Source: Longimicrobiales bacterium (GTDB lineage Bacteria > Gemmatimonadota > Gemmatimonadetes > Longimicrobiales > Gaopeijiaceae). Taken from it: a DNA stretch of 64,000 nt. Made by a program: the position numbers and the translations under genes. Under the pieces are notes generated by a model. It ran no database searches and had not been told where the DNA came from. It saw nothing but the letters and a program-made list of their open reading frames with translations. Every line of letters starts with the position of its first letter. Within the stretch, counting starts at the first letter, position 1. The DNA lies in assembly GCA_965202985.1 (NCBI GenBank), contig CBDBCF010000002.1:160001-224000 (forward strand), in the 5' to 3' direction. Of this stretch, positions 17,931 to 27,068 are shown piece after piece.

Positions 17931-20900
17931 GGACGGCGCCGCGTTGCCGGGAGGCGCACTTCCACGGCCACCGGAAAGAGTTGGGCGTCCCCCGCCAAGG
18001 CGAAGCGCTTGGGAAACAGCCGTTTCACTGTGCGGTCGCGCTCTCGCTGGAGCTGGTCGCGAATCTCGTCGTGATGGAAGCGACGGCGCTTCAGCTCTTC
18101 TTCCCGTTCCTCGATAGATCGCTCCAAGTCGGCCAAGCGCTCGGCTTCGTTGAAGAGCTGTCCTTGGTCGCGCTGCCCCTTGAGTCGCTCGATTTCACGG
18201 CCCAGCCTGTCCATTGTGGTGCGTGTGATGAGTTCGGAGACTTCGGCCAGGCGCTGTCGGTAGCTCTCGTTATCGCGCTCCCTGGCATCGTCGCCGTCAA
18301 GCGAAAGCTGGGTGGCCAAGCGTACGCCGAGGCGGCGCCTGTGGTCGCGCATCCACTGCTTGAGCTCCGGCGCGGCGGCTTCCAGGATCTCGGCGGCCTG
18401 TGCCCGGCGAGCCGCGTCCTCGCACTTGCTTGCGCCCAGGAGCGACCGGGCGGGCGCGTGGGGAAGGGGCGGTCCGAGCTCGCCGTCGCGCACGGGGAAC
18501 ACGACCGTCCGCACCCAGCGGTGGAACGTCTCCCGCAACTTGTTCACGCCGATCTCCTCCACGCTGAGCAGAACCGCCGCCTCGGCTCCTTCCGGCACGC
18601 CGCCGCAGCGCGCGGTCCAGCGCGAGGCCTCGCTCCCGGCGCCCGGGTATCGCCGTTTCGCCAGCACGCCCAGGGCATGGCGCATGATTGGGTGGGCCAA
18701 GTGGACGAGCAACGCATCCTTTCGTGGCCGGAAGACGCTCAAGTCGCCCATCTGCTGGATGAACGGCTTTGGACCGAAAGCCAGTGCGGGAACCGGTCCC
18801 TGCGCCCCGCCGAGTCCGGGGCGGCGGACGGACTCGTCCACTACTTGGTTCCAGCCGGGCAACCCGGGGTTCACAAGCCGGTGAAGGCCGTCGCGGCCGT
18901 TGCTGCCGCCGCTGGTCTCGTGGGCGCGCGCGGCGGGCTCGAGCTGCGGCCGCCCGGCCGTGTCCGCCATCGCCGCCTCCAGCGTATCCCGGACCGCTTC
19001 GGGGTCGAAATCGATTTCGGCGGCTAAAATGTCCAGCGAAATGTCCCGATTTTCGCCGTTTGATGTCCCATCGGATGTCCCGTTGGACGTCCGGTCGGCG
19101 GCCCCGTCGCCGCCAAGGCTGGCACGGCCTCGCGCCGCCTCCACTTCCAAGTCCAGCCCGGCATGCACGGCGGCGGCGTCCTCGCCCCGAACCAAGCGGC
19201 GATGAACGGCACGGTCGAAGACCTCGTTGACCGACCCCAGGTCCTCCCGGATGTCGTCGGCCTTGCGGACCACATGGTCCAGGAAGCGCAAGTCCGGGTC
19301 CGTGTCGCTCACGAAGTGGTGGACGGTCACGTCGCGGGCTTGGCCGTAGCGGTCCAGGCGGCCGTTGCGCTGCTCCAGCCGAGACGGGTTCCAGGGACAG
19401 TCCCAGTGGAGCAGGTAGCGGGCCGTGCGGTGCAGGTTGAGCCCCTCCGACGCGGCGTCGGTGGCCACGAGGATGCGCACGGGGGACATGGGGTCGTTGA
19501 ACGCCGCCTTGACGTGCTCGCGCCCCGACTCGTCCATCCCGCCGGGGCCGCCCGCGCCGAACAGGGTCAGGATACGTTCGTCTCCGTAGCGCTCCCGCAG
19601 GCGGCGGGCCACATAATCCAGCGTCGTCTTGTACTCCGTGAAGACGACCAGCCGCTCATTGCCGCGGAACCGATCCTCGGCGCGAAGGCAGTCCTCGACG
19701 AGCTTCAAGAGCCGGTCGAAGCGGGCGTCGGCAATGGGCGTTTGGGACACGACGGGCGCAGCGCCGGCATCCAAGTCGAACTCCAGCCGGGCAAGGGCGT
19801 CTTCGATCCCGCGGACCTCGGCCATCAAGTCGCCCGCGAAGTTCTTCAGCCACGCCCCCACGACCGTCGATGCCGTGGCCTGGCGCTGCTGCGCCTCGCG
19901 GTCGTCGCCCGTGTCTTGGCGCAGCGAGCGTTCCACCGTGGCAAGCTGTTGATCGCCGGCGGCCTGCGGGTCCTCGAACCCCTGCTTGGCGCGGCTCCAC
20001 GACTCGGCGAAGGCGGTGGGGCAGGACAGCAGCCGCTTGCCGAAGATCTCGACCGCGAACGCACCGGCGCGGCGACGGCGTTTGCCTCCTTCCGCGACTT
20101 GCTCCCGGATGGCACTGCGAAAGGCGTCGAAGGCGGCGGAGAGGCGGGCCTCGTGCGGGCCGAAGGCGAGCGCCAGGGCCTTGGGCGGGCGCCGGGTGCA
20201 GAAGCGGGGGCCGGTCCCCTCGCCGGTCGCGGTCGCGTTGATGTCGCGCTTGAGCCGGCGAATCACCACGTCGTCGATGCGTCCGCGCATGGCGGGCGTC
20301 ATCTCGCTGGTGCGCGAGAAGCGGACCGGGTCCAGCATCTCCAGCAGTCCGGTGAACGAGCGGGTGTGGCCGTTGTGGGGCGTGGCCGACAGGAAGAGCC
20401 GGTGCTCGAAGCGCGGGGCCACAAAGCGCAGCATCTTGCACAGCTCGCTGTCTTCGCCGAACGGGGACGGCATCAGGTTGTGGCACTCGTCGACGATTAG
20501 CAGGTCCCATGGCAGGTGGGGAGAGCCTTCGCGAGTCTGGTGGTCGCAGGCCGCCCGGAACTGCTCCATCACGTCCGGCTGGCGCAGGTAGTGGTACGAC
20601 GCCACGACGCGGCTGAAGGAGCGCCAGGGGTTGGCGTCCATGCCTTGGCGGCGGCGCAGCTTCTCCGTGCTCAGCCGGTCCACGATCTCGAAGGGCAGCG
20701 AAAACTTCTCCTGCATCTCTTCGCTCCACTGGCGGCGGAGCGAGGCGGGCGTCAGCACCAGCACGCGACGGATGCGGCGGCGCAGCAGCAGCTCGGACAG
20801 AACGAGGCCGGCTTCCACGGTCTTGCCCAGCCCCACGTCGTCGGCGATGAGCAGGTTGACCCGGGGCATCCGCAACGCCTTCAGGAGCGGCTCCAACTGG

Positions 20901-21265
20901 TAGTTCTCAATGCGGACGCCACCGTGGAAGGGGCTGGCCAGGGGCTCCTGGGCCGGGCGGCCGTCGCCGGACGGGTCGAGGTAGGGCGAGATGGCCGTCC
21001 ACCGAGCCGCCCGAAGCATGGCGTCGAAGTCGGGCGCGGCCATGGGCGGACGGGCCGGGTCGGGCAGGGCGTTGGGCTCCAGGAGAGACGGCCTGCCTTC
21101 GATCTCCCACAGAAGGCGTTCCTCTCGGGGCGACTGATGGTCCGCGTACTCCAAGTGGACCAGGTGGATCCGGCCACGCTCGCCGTCGTGGGGCTCCACC
21201 GCCGCCACCACGCCCCTCCGGTTGCGGACGGTGGCCAGCATTCCGGGGCGGGGGACGTCCGTCAT
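17927..21265 (-). CDS. SNF2-like helicase, DISARM DrmD-like
   Basis: Start ATG 21265 (MTDVPRPGMLATVRNRRGVV). Motifs LIADDVGLGKT, DECHN, SATPHNG, ATDAASEGLNL and WNPSRLEQRNGRLDRYGQ. C-terminal coiled coil. Confidence 0.9.
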   Translation of the reverse strand: MTDVPRPGMLATVRNRRGVVAAVEPHDGERGRIHLVHLEYADHQSPREERLLWEIEGRPSLLEPNALPDPARPPMAAPDFDAMLRAARWTAISPYLDPSGDGRPAQEPLASPFHGGVRIENYQLEPLLKALRMPRVNLLIADDVGLGKTVEAGLVLSELLLRRRIRRVLVLTPASLRRQWSEEMQEKFSLPFEIVDRLSTEKLRRRQGMDANPWRSFSRVVASYHYLRQPDVMEQFRAACDHQTREGSPHLPWDLLIVDECHNLMPSPFGEDSELCKMLRFVAPRFEHRLFLSATPHNGHTRSFTGLLEMLDPVRFSRTSEMTPAMRGRIDDVVIRRLKRDINATATGEGTGPRFCTRRPPKALALAFGPHEARLSAAFDAFRSAIREQVAEGGKRRRRAGAFAVEIFGKRLLSCPTAFAESWSRAKQGFEDPQAAGDQQLATVERSLRQDTGDDREAQQRQATASTVVGAWLKNFAGDLMAEVRGIEDALARLEFDLDAGAAPVVSQTPIADARFDRLLKLVEDCLRAEDRFRGNERLVVFTEYKTTLDYVARRLRERYGDERILTLFGAGGPGGMDESGREHVKAAFNDPMSPVRILVATDAASEGLNLHRTARYLLHWDCPWNPSRLEQRNGRLDRYGQARDVTVHHFVSDTDPDLRFLDHVVRKADDIREDLGSVNEVFDRAVHRRLVRGEDAAAVHAGLDLEVEAARGRASLGGDGAADRTSNGTSDGTSNGENRDISLDILAAEIDFDPEAVRDTLEAAMADTAGRPQLEPAARAHETSGGSNGRDGLHRLVNPGLPGWNQVVDESVRRPGLGGAQGPVPALAFGPKPFIQQMGDLSVFRPRKDALLVHLAHPIMRHALGVLAKRRYPGAGSEASRWTARCGGVPEGAEAAVLLSVEEIGVNKLRETFHRWVRTVVFPVRDGELGPPLPHAPARSLLGASKCEDAARRAQAAEILEAAAPELKQWMRDHRRRLGVRLATQLSLDGDDARERDNESYRQRLAEVSELITRTTMDRLGREIERLKGQRDQGQLFNEAERLADLERSIEEREEELKRRRFHHDEIRDQLQRERDRTVKRLFPKRFALAGDAQLFPVAVEVRLPATRRRP

Positions 21266-22863
21266 GCTCCCCACACCGCGATCTCGGTACCGTTCTCGGC
21301 GGTGCGGACGTCGCGAAACACCTTCTCGTCCCAACTGCGTTCCTGGTTGCGGTCGAAGACGACCAAGTGCCCGGCCTCGGCCCCGCAGCGATCCATGTAC
21401 GCCGCCGTCTGCTCCACGCCCTCGGCCACGGTGCGATCCCGGCGCCGGCGCTCGTGGCGAACCTTGCATTCGACCACGTACTTGCTCGCGCGCCCGCCCT
21501 GCGGCCACACGATCAACAGGTCGGTGCGCCCGCTGCCCAGCGCGTACTCTCGCTCGATCCGCCCGCCGCTGTTGACGACCCGCTGCAGGAACGCCTGCAA
21601 GAGCAGCTGCGGTCCCGCCTCCTTGAAGCCGTAGCGCTCGACCCAATGCTCCGAGTTCTCGCGGTAGAATTGCTGGAACGCTTCGAGCAGCTTGCCCAAC
21701 AGCAGCGCGCCGGAGGCGTCCACGTACCAGGCCGGGTCGTGCGGCAGGTCGTCCTGGGCGAGCCATGTGAGTTCGCGGGGCACGACCTCGGCGTAGATGG
21801 GGTTGGCCATGCGGATCGGGGGGTCGCGGGCGATCAGGCCCAGGTCCCGGACGTACTCCACGTCCCGAGCGGTGTAGCTGGACTCGCTGGCGCCGGCGAG
21901 AAGTGGTTCGACGACCCGCCAGACGCGGTCCTCGCGCAGCTTGTCGGTCAGCTGGTCCAGGTGGGTGTCGCGACGCTGGATCAGCTGCTCGCGGGCGTCC
22001 AGCACGTCCGCCTCGGTCACTGGGCGGGACCGATCCTTCGCCAAGTCGCCGCGGAAGCAGGTCTCGTAGGCCAGGGCGTTGACGAGCCAGGGCTGGCCCT
22101 GGGTCTGGGTCCAGATCGCGCCCATTGCGTCGTCGGTGAACGACTGTCCGGTCTCCTCGGTGTGCTGGCGGAGCAGGTCGTGCACTTCGTTCTTGGAGAA
22201 GTCGCCCAGGCGCAGGGACTCGGCCTTGATGTTGAAGGCGCTGCCGCCGGCGATCATCGTCTTGGCCGAGCCGGACCAGATGCGGTAGTCGCGGACGTCG
22301 CGGACGCCGCACAGGACCACGCTCTGGGGGAACCTCCCGGGCCTCATGTCGTAGCCTGCGCGAAGCTGGCGCAGCGCCGCCAGGAGCGTGTCGCCCACCA
22401 GCGCATCGATCTCGTCGATCAGCAGCACCAGCGGCTTCTCGTCGGCCTCGGCCCAGCGCGACAGGGCCTCGCCCCAAGCGCCGTCTCCGTGTTCGGCGAA
22501 GATCTCGGACCACGCCCCGGTCAGGAAGTCGTCGCCCGCCCGCCGCGCTTGGCGGGCCATCTGGCTCAGCATCACTTGCGTTGCCGCCCTCACGTCTTCG
22601 CGCATCGCCTGGCCGGCTTCGACGTTGACGTAGACGCAGCGGTAGCGGCCCTCGGCGTTGAGCAGGTCCTGGAGCGCCAGCAGAGCCGATGTCTTGCCGG
22701 TCTGCCGGGGGGCGTGAAGCACGAAGTACTGCTGTTCGTCGATCAGCTCTCGGACCTCGGCAAGGTCGAGTCGATCGAGGGGAGCGATGCAGTAGTGGCG
22801 TCGCTCCACTACGGGACCGGACCTGTTGAAGCGGCGCATCGGCGACAAGCCCTGGGACGACAT
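21262..22863 (-). CDS. AAA-like ATPase + C-terminal PD-(D/E)XK nuclease, tandem copy 3
   Basis: HAPRQTGKT Walker A, LLIDEID Walker B, EREYALGSGRTDL...VVECKV nuclease motif. The stop overlaps the SNF2 start. Confidence 0.88.
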   Translation of the reverse strand: MSSQGLSPMRRFNRSGPVVERRHYCIAPLDRLDLAEVRELIDEQQYFVLHAPRQTGKTSALLALQDLLNAEGRYRCVYVNVEAGQAMREDVRAATQVMLSQMARQARRAGDDFLTGAWSEIFAEHGDGAWGEALSRWAEADEKPLVLLIDEIDALVGDTLLAALRQLRAGYDMRPGRFPQSVVLCGVRDVRDYRIWSGSAKTMIAGGSAFNIKAESLRLGDFSKNEVHDLLRQHTEETGQSFTDDAMGAIWTQTQGQPWLVNALAYETCFRGDLAKDRSRPVTEADVLDAREQLIQRRDTHLDQLTDKLREDRVWRVVEPLLAGASESSYTARDVEYVRDLGLIARDPPIRMANPIYAEVVPRELTWLAQDDLPHDPAWYVDASGALLLGKLLEAFQQFYRENSEHWVERYGFKEAGPQLLLQAFLQRVVNSGGRIEREYALGSGRTDLLIVWPQGGRASKYVVECKVRHERRRRDRTVAEGVEQTAAYMDRCGAEAGHLVVFDRNQERSWDEKVFRDVRTAENGTEIAVWGA

Positions 22864-24467
22864 CACATCCCCCACACCGCGATCTCGGCCCCGCTCTCGG
22901 CGGTGCGGACGTCGCGGAAGACCTTCTCGTCCCAGCTGCGCTCGTCGCTGCGGTCAAAGACGATCAAGTGCCCGGCCTTGGCCCCGCACCGATCCATGTA
23001 GGCGGCCGTCTGCTCCACGCCCTCGGCCACGGTGCGATCTCGGCCGCGGCGTTCGTGGCAAACCTTGCATTCGACCACGTACTTGCTTGCGCGTTCGCCC
23101 TGCGGCCACACGACCAGCAAGTCCGTGCGACCCGTCCCCAGCGCGTACTCCCGCTCGATCCGCCCGCCGCTGTTGACGACCCGCTGCAGGAACGCCTGCA
23201 AGAGCAGCTGCGGTCCCGCCTCCTTGAAGCCGTAGCGCTCGATCCAGTGCTCCGAGTGCTCCCGGTAGAACTCCTGGAACGCTTCGAGCAGCTTGTCCAA
23301 CAGCAGTGCGCCGGAGGCGTCCACGTACCAAGTCGGGTCGTGGGGCAGGTCGTCCTGGGCCAGCCAGGTCAGCTCGCGGGGCACGACTTCGGCGTAGATG
23401 GGGTTGGCCATGCGGATCGGCGGGTCGCGGGCGATCAGGCCCAGGTCCCGGACGTACTCCACGTCCCGAGCGGTGTAGCTGGACTCGCTGGCGCCGGCCA
23501 GAAGCGGTTCGACGACCCGCCATACGCGGTCCTCGCGCAGCTTGTCGGTCAGCTGGTCCAGGTGGGTGTCGCGGCGCTGGATCAGCTGCTCGCGGGCGTC
23601 CAGCATGTCCGCTTCGGTCACTGGGCGGGACCGGTCTTTCGCCAAGTCGCCGCGGAAGCAGGTCTCGTAGGCCAGGGCGTTGACGAGCCAGGGCTGTCCT
23701 TGGGTCTGGGTCCAGATCGCTTCGAGCGCGTCGTCGGTGAACGGTTGTCCGGTCTCCTCGGTGTGCTGTCGAAGCAGGTCGTGCGCTTCGTCCTTGGAGA
23801 AGTCGCCCAGGCGCAGGGACTCGGCCTTGATGTTGAAGGCGCTGCCGCCGGCGATCATCGTCTTGGCCGAGCCGGACCAGATGCGGTAGTCGCGGACGTC
23901 GCGGACGCCGCACAGGACCACGCTCTGGGGGAACCTCCCGGGCCTCATGTCGTAGCCTGCGCGAAGCTGGCACAGCGCCGCCAGGAGCGTGTCGCCCACC
24001 AGCGCATCGATCTCGTCGATCAGCAGCACCAGCGGCTTCTCGTCGGCCTCGGCCCAGCGCGACAGAGCCGCTCCCAGAGCGCCGTCGCGAAACTCGTCGG
24101 CGATGCCGGACCAAGCGCTCGACAGGAAGTCGTCGCCAAGCGCCGCCCGAGCCCGCAAGGCCATCTGGCCCAGCATGACCCGAGTCGCGCGCTCCACGTC
24201 TTCGCGCATCGCCTGGCCGGCTTCGACGTTGACGTAGACGCAGCGGTAGCGGCCCTCGGCGTTGAGCAGGTCCTGGAGCGCTAGCAGAGCCGACGTCTTG
24301 CCGGTCTGCCGGGGAGCGTGAAGCACGAAGTACTGCTGTTCGTCGATCAGCTCTCGGACCTCGGCAAGGTCGAGTCGGTCGAGGGGAGCGATGCAGTAGT
24401 GGCGTCGCTCCACTACGGGACCGGACCTGTTGAAGCGGCGCATCGGCGACAAGCCCTGGGACGACAT
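22863..24467 (-). CDS. AAA-like ATPase + PD-(D/E)XK nuclease, tandem copy 2 (mosaic of copies 1 and 3)
   Basis: Same motifs as copy 3. Starts MSSQGLSPMRRFN like copy 3 and ends IAVWGM like copy 1. TGATG coupling at both ends. Confidence 0.88.
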   Translation of the reverse strand: MSSQGLSPMRRFNRSGPVVERRHYCIAPLDRLDLAEVRELIDEQQYFVLHAPRQTGKTSALLALQDLLNAEGRYRCVYVNVEAGQAMREDVERATRVMLGQMALRARAALGDDFLSSAWSGIADEFRDGALGAALSRWAEADEKPLVLLIDEIDALVGDTLLAALCQLRAGYDMRPGRFPQSVVLCGVRDVRDYRIWSGSAKTMIAGGSAFNIKAESLRLGDFSKDEAHDLLRQHTEETGQPFTDDALEAIWTQTQGQPWLVNALAYETCFRGDLAKDRSRPVTEADMLDAREQLIQRRDTHLDQLTDKLREDRVWRVVEPLLAGASESSYTARDVEYVRDLGLIARDPPIRMANPIYAEVVPRELTWLAQDDLPHDPTWYVDASGALLLDKLLEAFQEFYREHSEHWIERYGFKEAGPQLLLQAFLQRVVNSGGRIEREYALGTGRTDLLVVWPQGERASKYVVECKVCHERRGRDRTVAEGVEQTAAYMDRCGAKAGHLIVFDRSDERSWDEKVFRDVRTAESGAEIAVWGM

Positions 24468-26050
24468 CACATCCCCCATACCGCGATCTTGGCCCCGCTC
24501 TCGACAGTTCGGACGTCGCGGAAGACCTTCTCGTCCCAGCTGCGCTCGTCGCTGCGGTCGAAGACGACCAAGTGCCCAGCCTCGGCCCCGCATCGGTCCA
24601 TGTAGGCCGCCGTCTGCTCCACGCCCTCGGCCACGGTGCGATCCCGGCTCCGGCGCTCGTGGCGAACCTTGCATTCGACCACGTGCTTGCCCGTGCCCTC
24701 GCCCTGCGGCCAGACAACAAGCAAGTCCGTGCGACCCGTCCCCAGCGCATACTCCCGCTCGATACGCCCGCCGCTGTTGACGACCCGCTGCAGGAACGCC
24801 TGCAAGAGCAGTTGCGGTCCGGCCTCCTTGAAGCCGTAGCGCTCGACCCAATGCTCCGAGTGCTCCCGGTAGAACTCCTGGAACGCTTCGAGCAGCTTGC
24901 CCAACAGCAGTGCGCCGGAGGCGTCCACGTACCAAGTCGGATCGTGGGGCAAGTCGTCCTGGGCCAGCCAAGTCAGCTCGCGGGGCACGACTTCGGCGTA
25001 GATCGGGTTCGCCATGCGGATCGGCGGGTCGCGGGCGATCAGGCCGAGGTCGCGGACGTACTCCACGTCCCGCTCGGTGTAGGACGACTCGCAGGCATTG
25101 GTCAGGATCGGTTCGATCACCCGCCATACGCGGTCTTCGCGCAGCTTGTCGGCGAGCTGGTCCAAGTGCGTGTCGCGACGGAGGATCAGCGCTTCTTGCG
25201 CCTTCACCATGTCCGCCTGGGTCACGGAGCGGGAACGGTCTTTGGCCAGCGCGCCCCGGAAGCAGGTCTCGTAGGCCAGCGCGTTGACGAGCCACGGCTG
25301 GCCCTGCGTCCGGGTCCAGATCGCGTCCAACGCACCGTCGGTGAACGGCTGGCCGGTCTCGGCGGCGTGCTGCCCCAGCAGGTCGCGCACGTCGTCCTTG
25401 GAGAAGTCGCCCAAGCGCAAGGACTCGGCCTTGACGTTGAAGGCACTGCCGCCGGCAACCATCGTCTTCGCCGAGCCGGAGTGGATGCGGTAGTCGCGCA
25501 CGTCCCGCACGCCGCACAAGATCACGCTCTGGGGAAACCCCGCAGGTCGCAGGTGGTGGCCTGCCCGGAGTTGCCGCAACACCGCCAAGAGCGAGTCGCC
25601 CACCAGCGCGTCGATCTCGTCGACGAGCAGGACCAGCGGTTTGTCGCCATTCCTCGCCCAGCGAGTCAGCGCCACCCGCAATGCGCTGTGTCCGCCGCTC
25701 TTGGTGAGCACGGCGGCCCACGTATCGGCAAGGAAGCTGTTTTCCAGCGTGTAGTGGGCGGCTTCGGCCAGCTCGCTGAGGACGGTGCGAACCGCTGCTT
25801 CCACGTCTTCGCGGGCCGTTGTCGCGCCTTCGACGTTGACGTAGACGCAATCGTAGCGGCCCTCGGAGTTCATTAGATCCCGGAGGGCGAGGAGCGTGGA
25901 TGTCTTCCCCGTCTGCCGGGGCGCGTGGAGCACGAAGTACTGCTGTGCGTCGATCAGCTCTCGGACTTCGGCAAGGTCGATTCGGTCAAGCGGCGGAACG
26001 CAGTAGTGGTCTCGCTCCACTACAGGACCAGACCTGTTGAACCGGCGCAT
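24467..26050 (-). CDS. AAA-like ATPase + PD-(D/E)XK nuclease, tandem copy 1
   Basis: MRRFNRSGPVVERDHYCVPPLDR, HAPRQTGKT, LLVDEID, RTDL...VVECKV. Confidence 0.88.
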   Translation of the reverse strand: MRRFNRSGPVVERDHYCVPPLDRIDLAEVRELIDAQQYFVLHAPRQTGKTSTLLALRDLMNSEGRYDCVYVNVEGATTAREDVEAAVRTVLSELAEAAHYTLENSFLADTWAAVLTKSGGHSALRVALTRWARNGDKPLVLLVDEIDALVGDSLLAVLRQLRAGHHLRPAGFPQSVILCGVRDVRDYRIHSGSAKTMVAGGSAFNVKAESLRLGDFSKDDVRDLLGQHAAETGQPFTDGALDAIWTRTQGQPWLVNALAYETCFRGALAKDRSRSVTQADMVKAQEALILRRDTHLDQLADKLREDRVWRVIEPILTNACESSYTERDVEYVRDLGLIARDPPIRMANPIYAEVVPRELTWLAQDDLPHDPTWYVDASGALLLGKLLEAFQEFYREHSEHWVERYGFKEAGPQLLLQAFLQRVVNSGGRIEREYALGTGRTDLLVVWPQGEGTGKHVVECKVRHERRSRDRTVAEGVEQTAAYMDRCGAEAGHLVVFDRSDERSWDEKVFRDVRTVESGAKIAVWGM

Positions 26051-26052
26051 TC

Positions 26053-26166
26053 CTAAACGTACCACAGGACTTCCGAGAGCTCGACCACCACCTTCAGGCG
26101 CTCGAGCGGGGGAATGCAGTAGTGGTCCTCCGGCACTACCGGACCGGACGTGTTGAAGTAGCGCAT
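26053..26166 (-). pseudogene. N-terminal remnant of a fourth AAA/PD-(D/E)XK paralog
   Basis: MRYFNTSGPVVPEDHYCIPPLERL matches the paralog N-terminus, then diverges and stops after 37 aa. Confidence 0.8.
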
Positions 26167-26225
26167 GGAAGGCAAGGTTTCACGCACGAACGGTTCTCGG
26201 CAATTCGCGGGCCTGCGCGACGCGC

Positions 26226-27068
26226 TCACCGCCCTTGGAACGCTGGCCGCCGCTTCTCCACGAAGGCTCGCACGCCTTCTCGGCCGTCCTCCGAGGCGAA
26301 CGCTTCCAGGAAGAGTTCCTTCTCCAGGGCAAGGCCGGCGGACAGCGGGCGTTCCCATGCGGCCCGCACCGCCTGCTTGGCCAAGCGCAACGCCACGGGA
26401 CTCCATCGCACCATGCGGGCGGCCAGCTCCCGGGCCTTCTCCAGATGCTGGCCCTCTTCCACCAGAAACTCGACGAGGCCGATCCGGTGGGCTTCGGCGG
26501 CGTCCACCAAGTCGCCGCAAAGGGCCATGCGCATGGCTTGGCCGGGACCCGTCAGGCGGGCCAGCCGCTGGGTGCCCCCGGCGCCGGGGATCAGGCCCAG
26601 GCGGATCTCGAACTGGCCGAAGCGAGCGGTGGCGTCGGCCACGCGGATGTCGCACGCCAGGGCGAGTTCGTTGCCGCCGCCTATGCAGAAGCCGTGGATC
26701 GCGCAGATCGCGGGCTTGGGGAACTCGGCCAGAGCGTCGTAGACGCGCCGCTCCTTGTACAGTTCACGCTGCTGGGCGGCCGTGCGGGCCGCGAATTCGG
26801 CCACGTCGGCGCCCGCCACGAACGCCTTGTCGCCGGCGCCGTGGAGGATCGCGACCTTCACCCGGTCGTCGTCGGCCAAGGCGTCGAACGCCTGCGACAG
26901 CTGCCGTCGCACAGTGTCGTTCAGGGCGTTGAGCTTGTCCTGCCGGTCGATCGTCACTTCAGCTACGGAGCCGCGCACGGACACGCGCACGCTCCGGCTG
27001 TCAGCGGACTCCTGGCCCGCGTTGCTGGACTCCCCGCCCGCGTTCGCCGATTTCTCGCGGTCGCTCAC
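26226..27068 (-). CDS. Enoyl-CoA hydratase (PaaF-like)
   Basis: IDRQDKLNALN, AFVAGADV, GGGNELALACD, GLIPGAGGTQRL. GTGA overlap with the upstream gene. Confidence 0.9.
   Translation of the reverse strand: MSDREKSANAGGESSNAGQESADSRSVRVSVRGSVAEVTIDRQDKLNALNDTVRRQLSQAFDALADDDRVKVAILHGAGDKAFVAGADVAEFAARTAAQQRELYKERRVYDALAEFPKPAICAIHGFCIGGGNELALACDIRVADATARFGQFEIRLGLIPGAGGTQRLARLTGPGQAMRMALCGDLVDAAEAHRIGLVEFLVEEGQHLEKARELAARMVRWSPVALRLAKQAVRAAWERPLSAGLALEKELFLEAFASEDGREGVRAFVEKRRPAFQGR

Larger units (their letters stand above)
21262..26050. repeat. Three-unit tandem gene repeat, period ~1.6 kb
   Basis: The junction sequence gacaagccctgggacgacatcacatcccc recurs 1604 bp apart (around 22861 and 24465). 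Long near-identical DNA stretches are shared among the units. Confidence 0.95.

Noticed and set aside
1..21265. Canonical class I DISARM assignment with gene symbols
   Set aside because: No separate drmA/drmB genes and no PLD drmC are visible, so it is reported only as DISARM-like.
17927..22957. 1676-aa ORF suggesting a giant SNF2 fusion
   Set aside because: The extra N-terminus is an out-of-frame, Arg/Pro-rich reading of AAA copy 3. The real start is ATG 21265.
22863..25850. 995-aa ORF suggesting an extended AAA protein
   Set aside because: The extension is an alternative-frame read of copy 1. The coupled start is at 24467.
21262..26166. CRISPR array or diversity-generating retroelement as the source of the repeats
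   Set aside because: The repeats are whole genes. There is no short repeat-spacer periodicity, cas gene or reverse transcriptase, and differences between copies are not adenine-specific.
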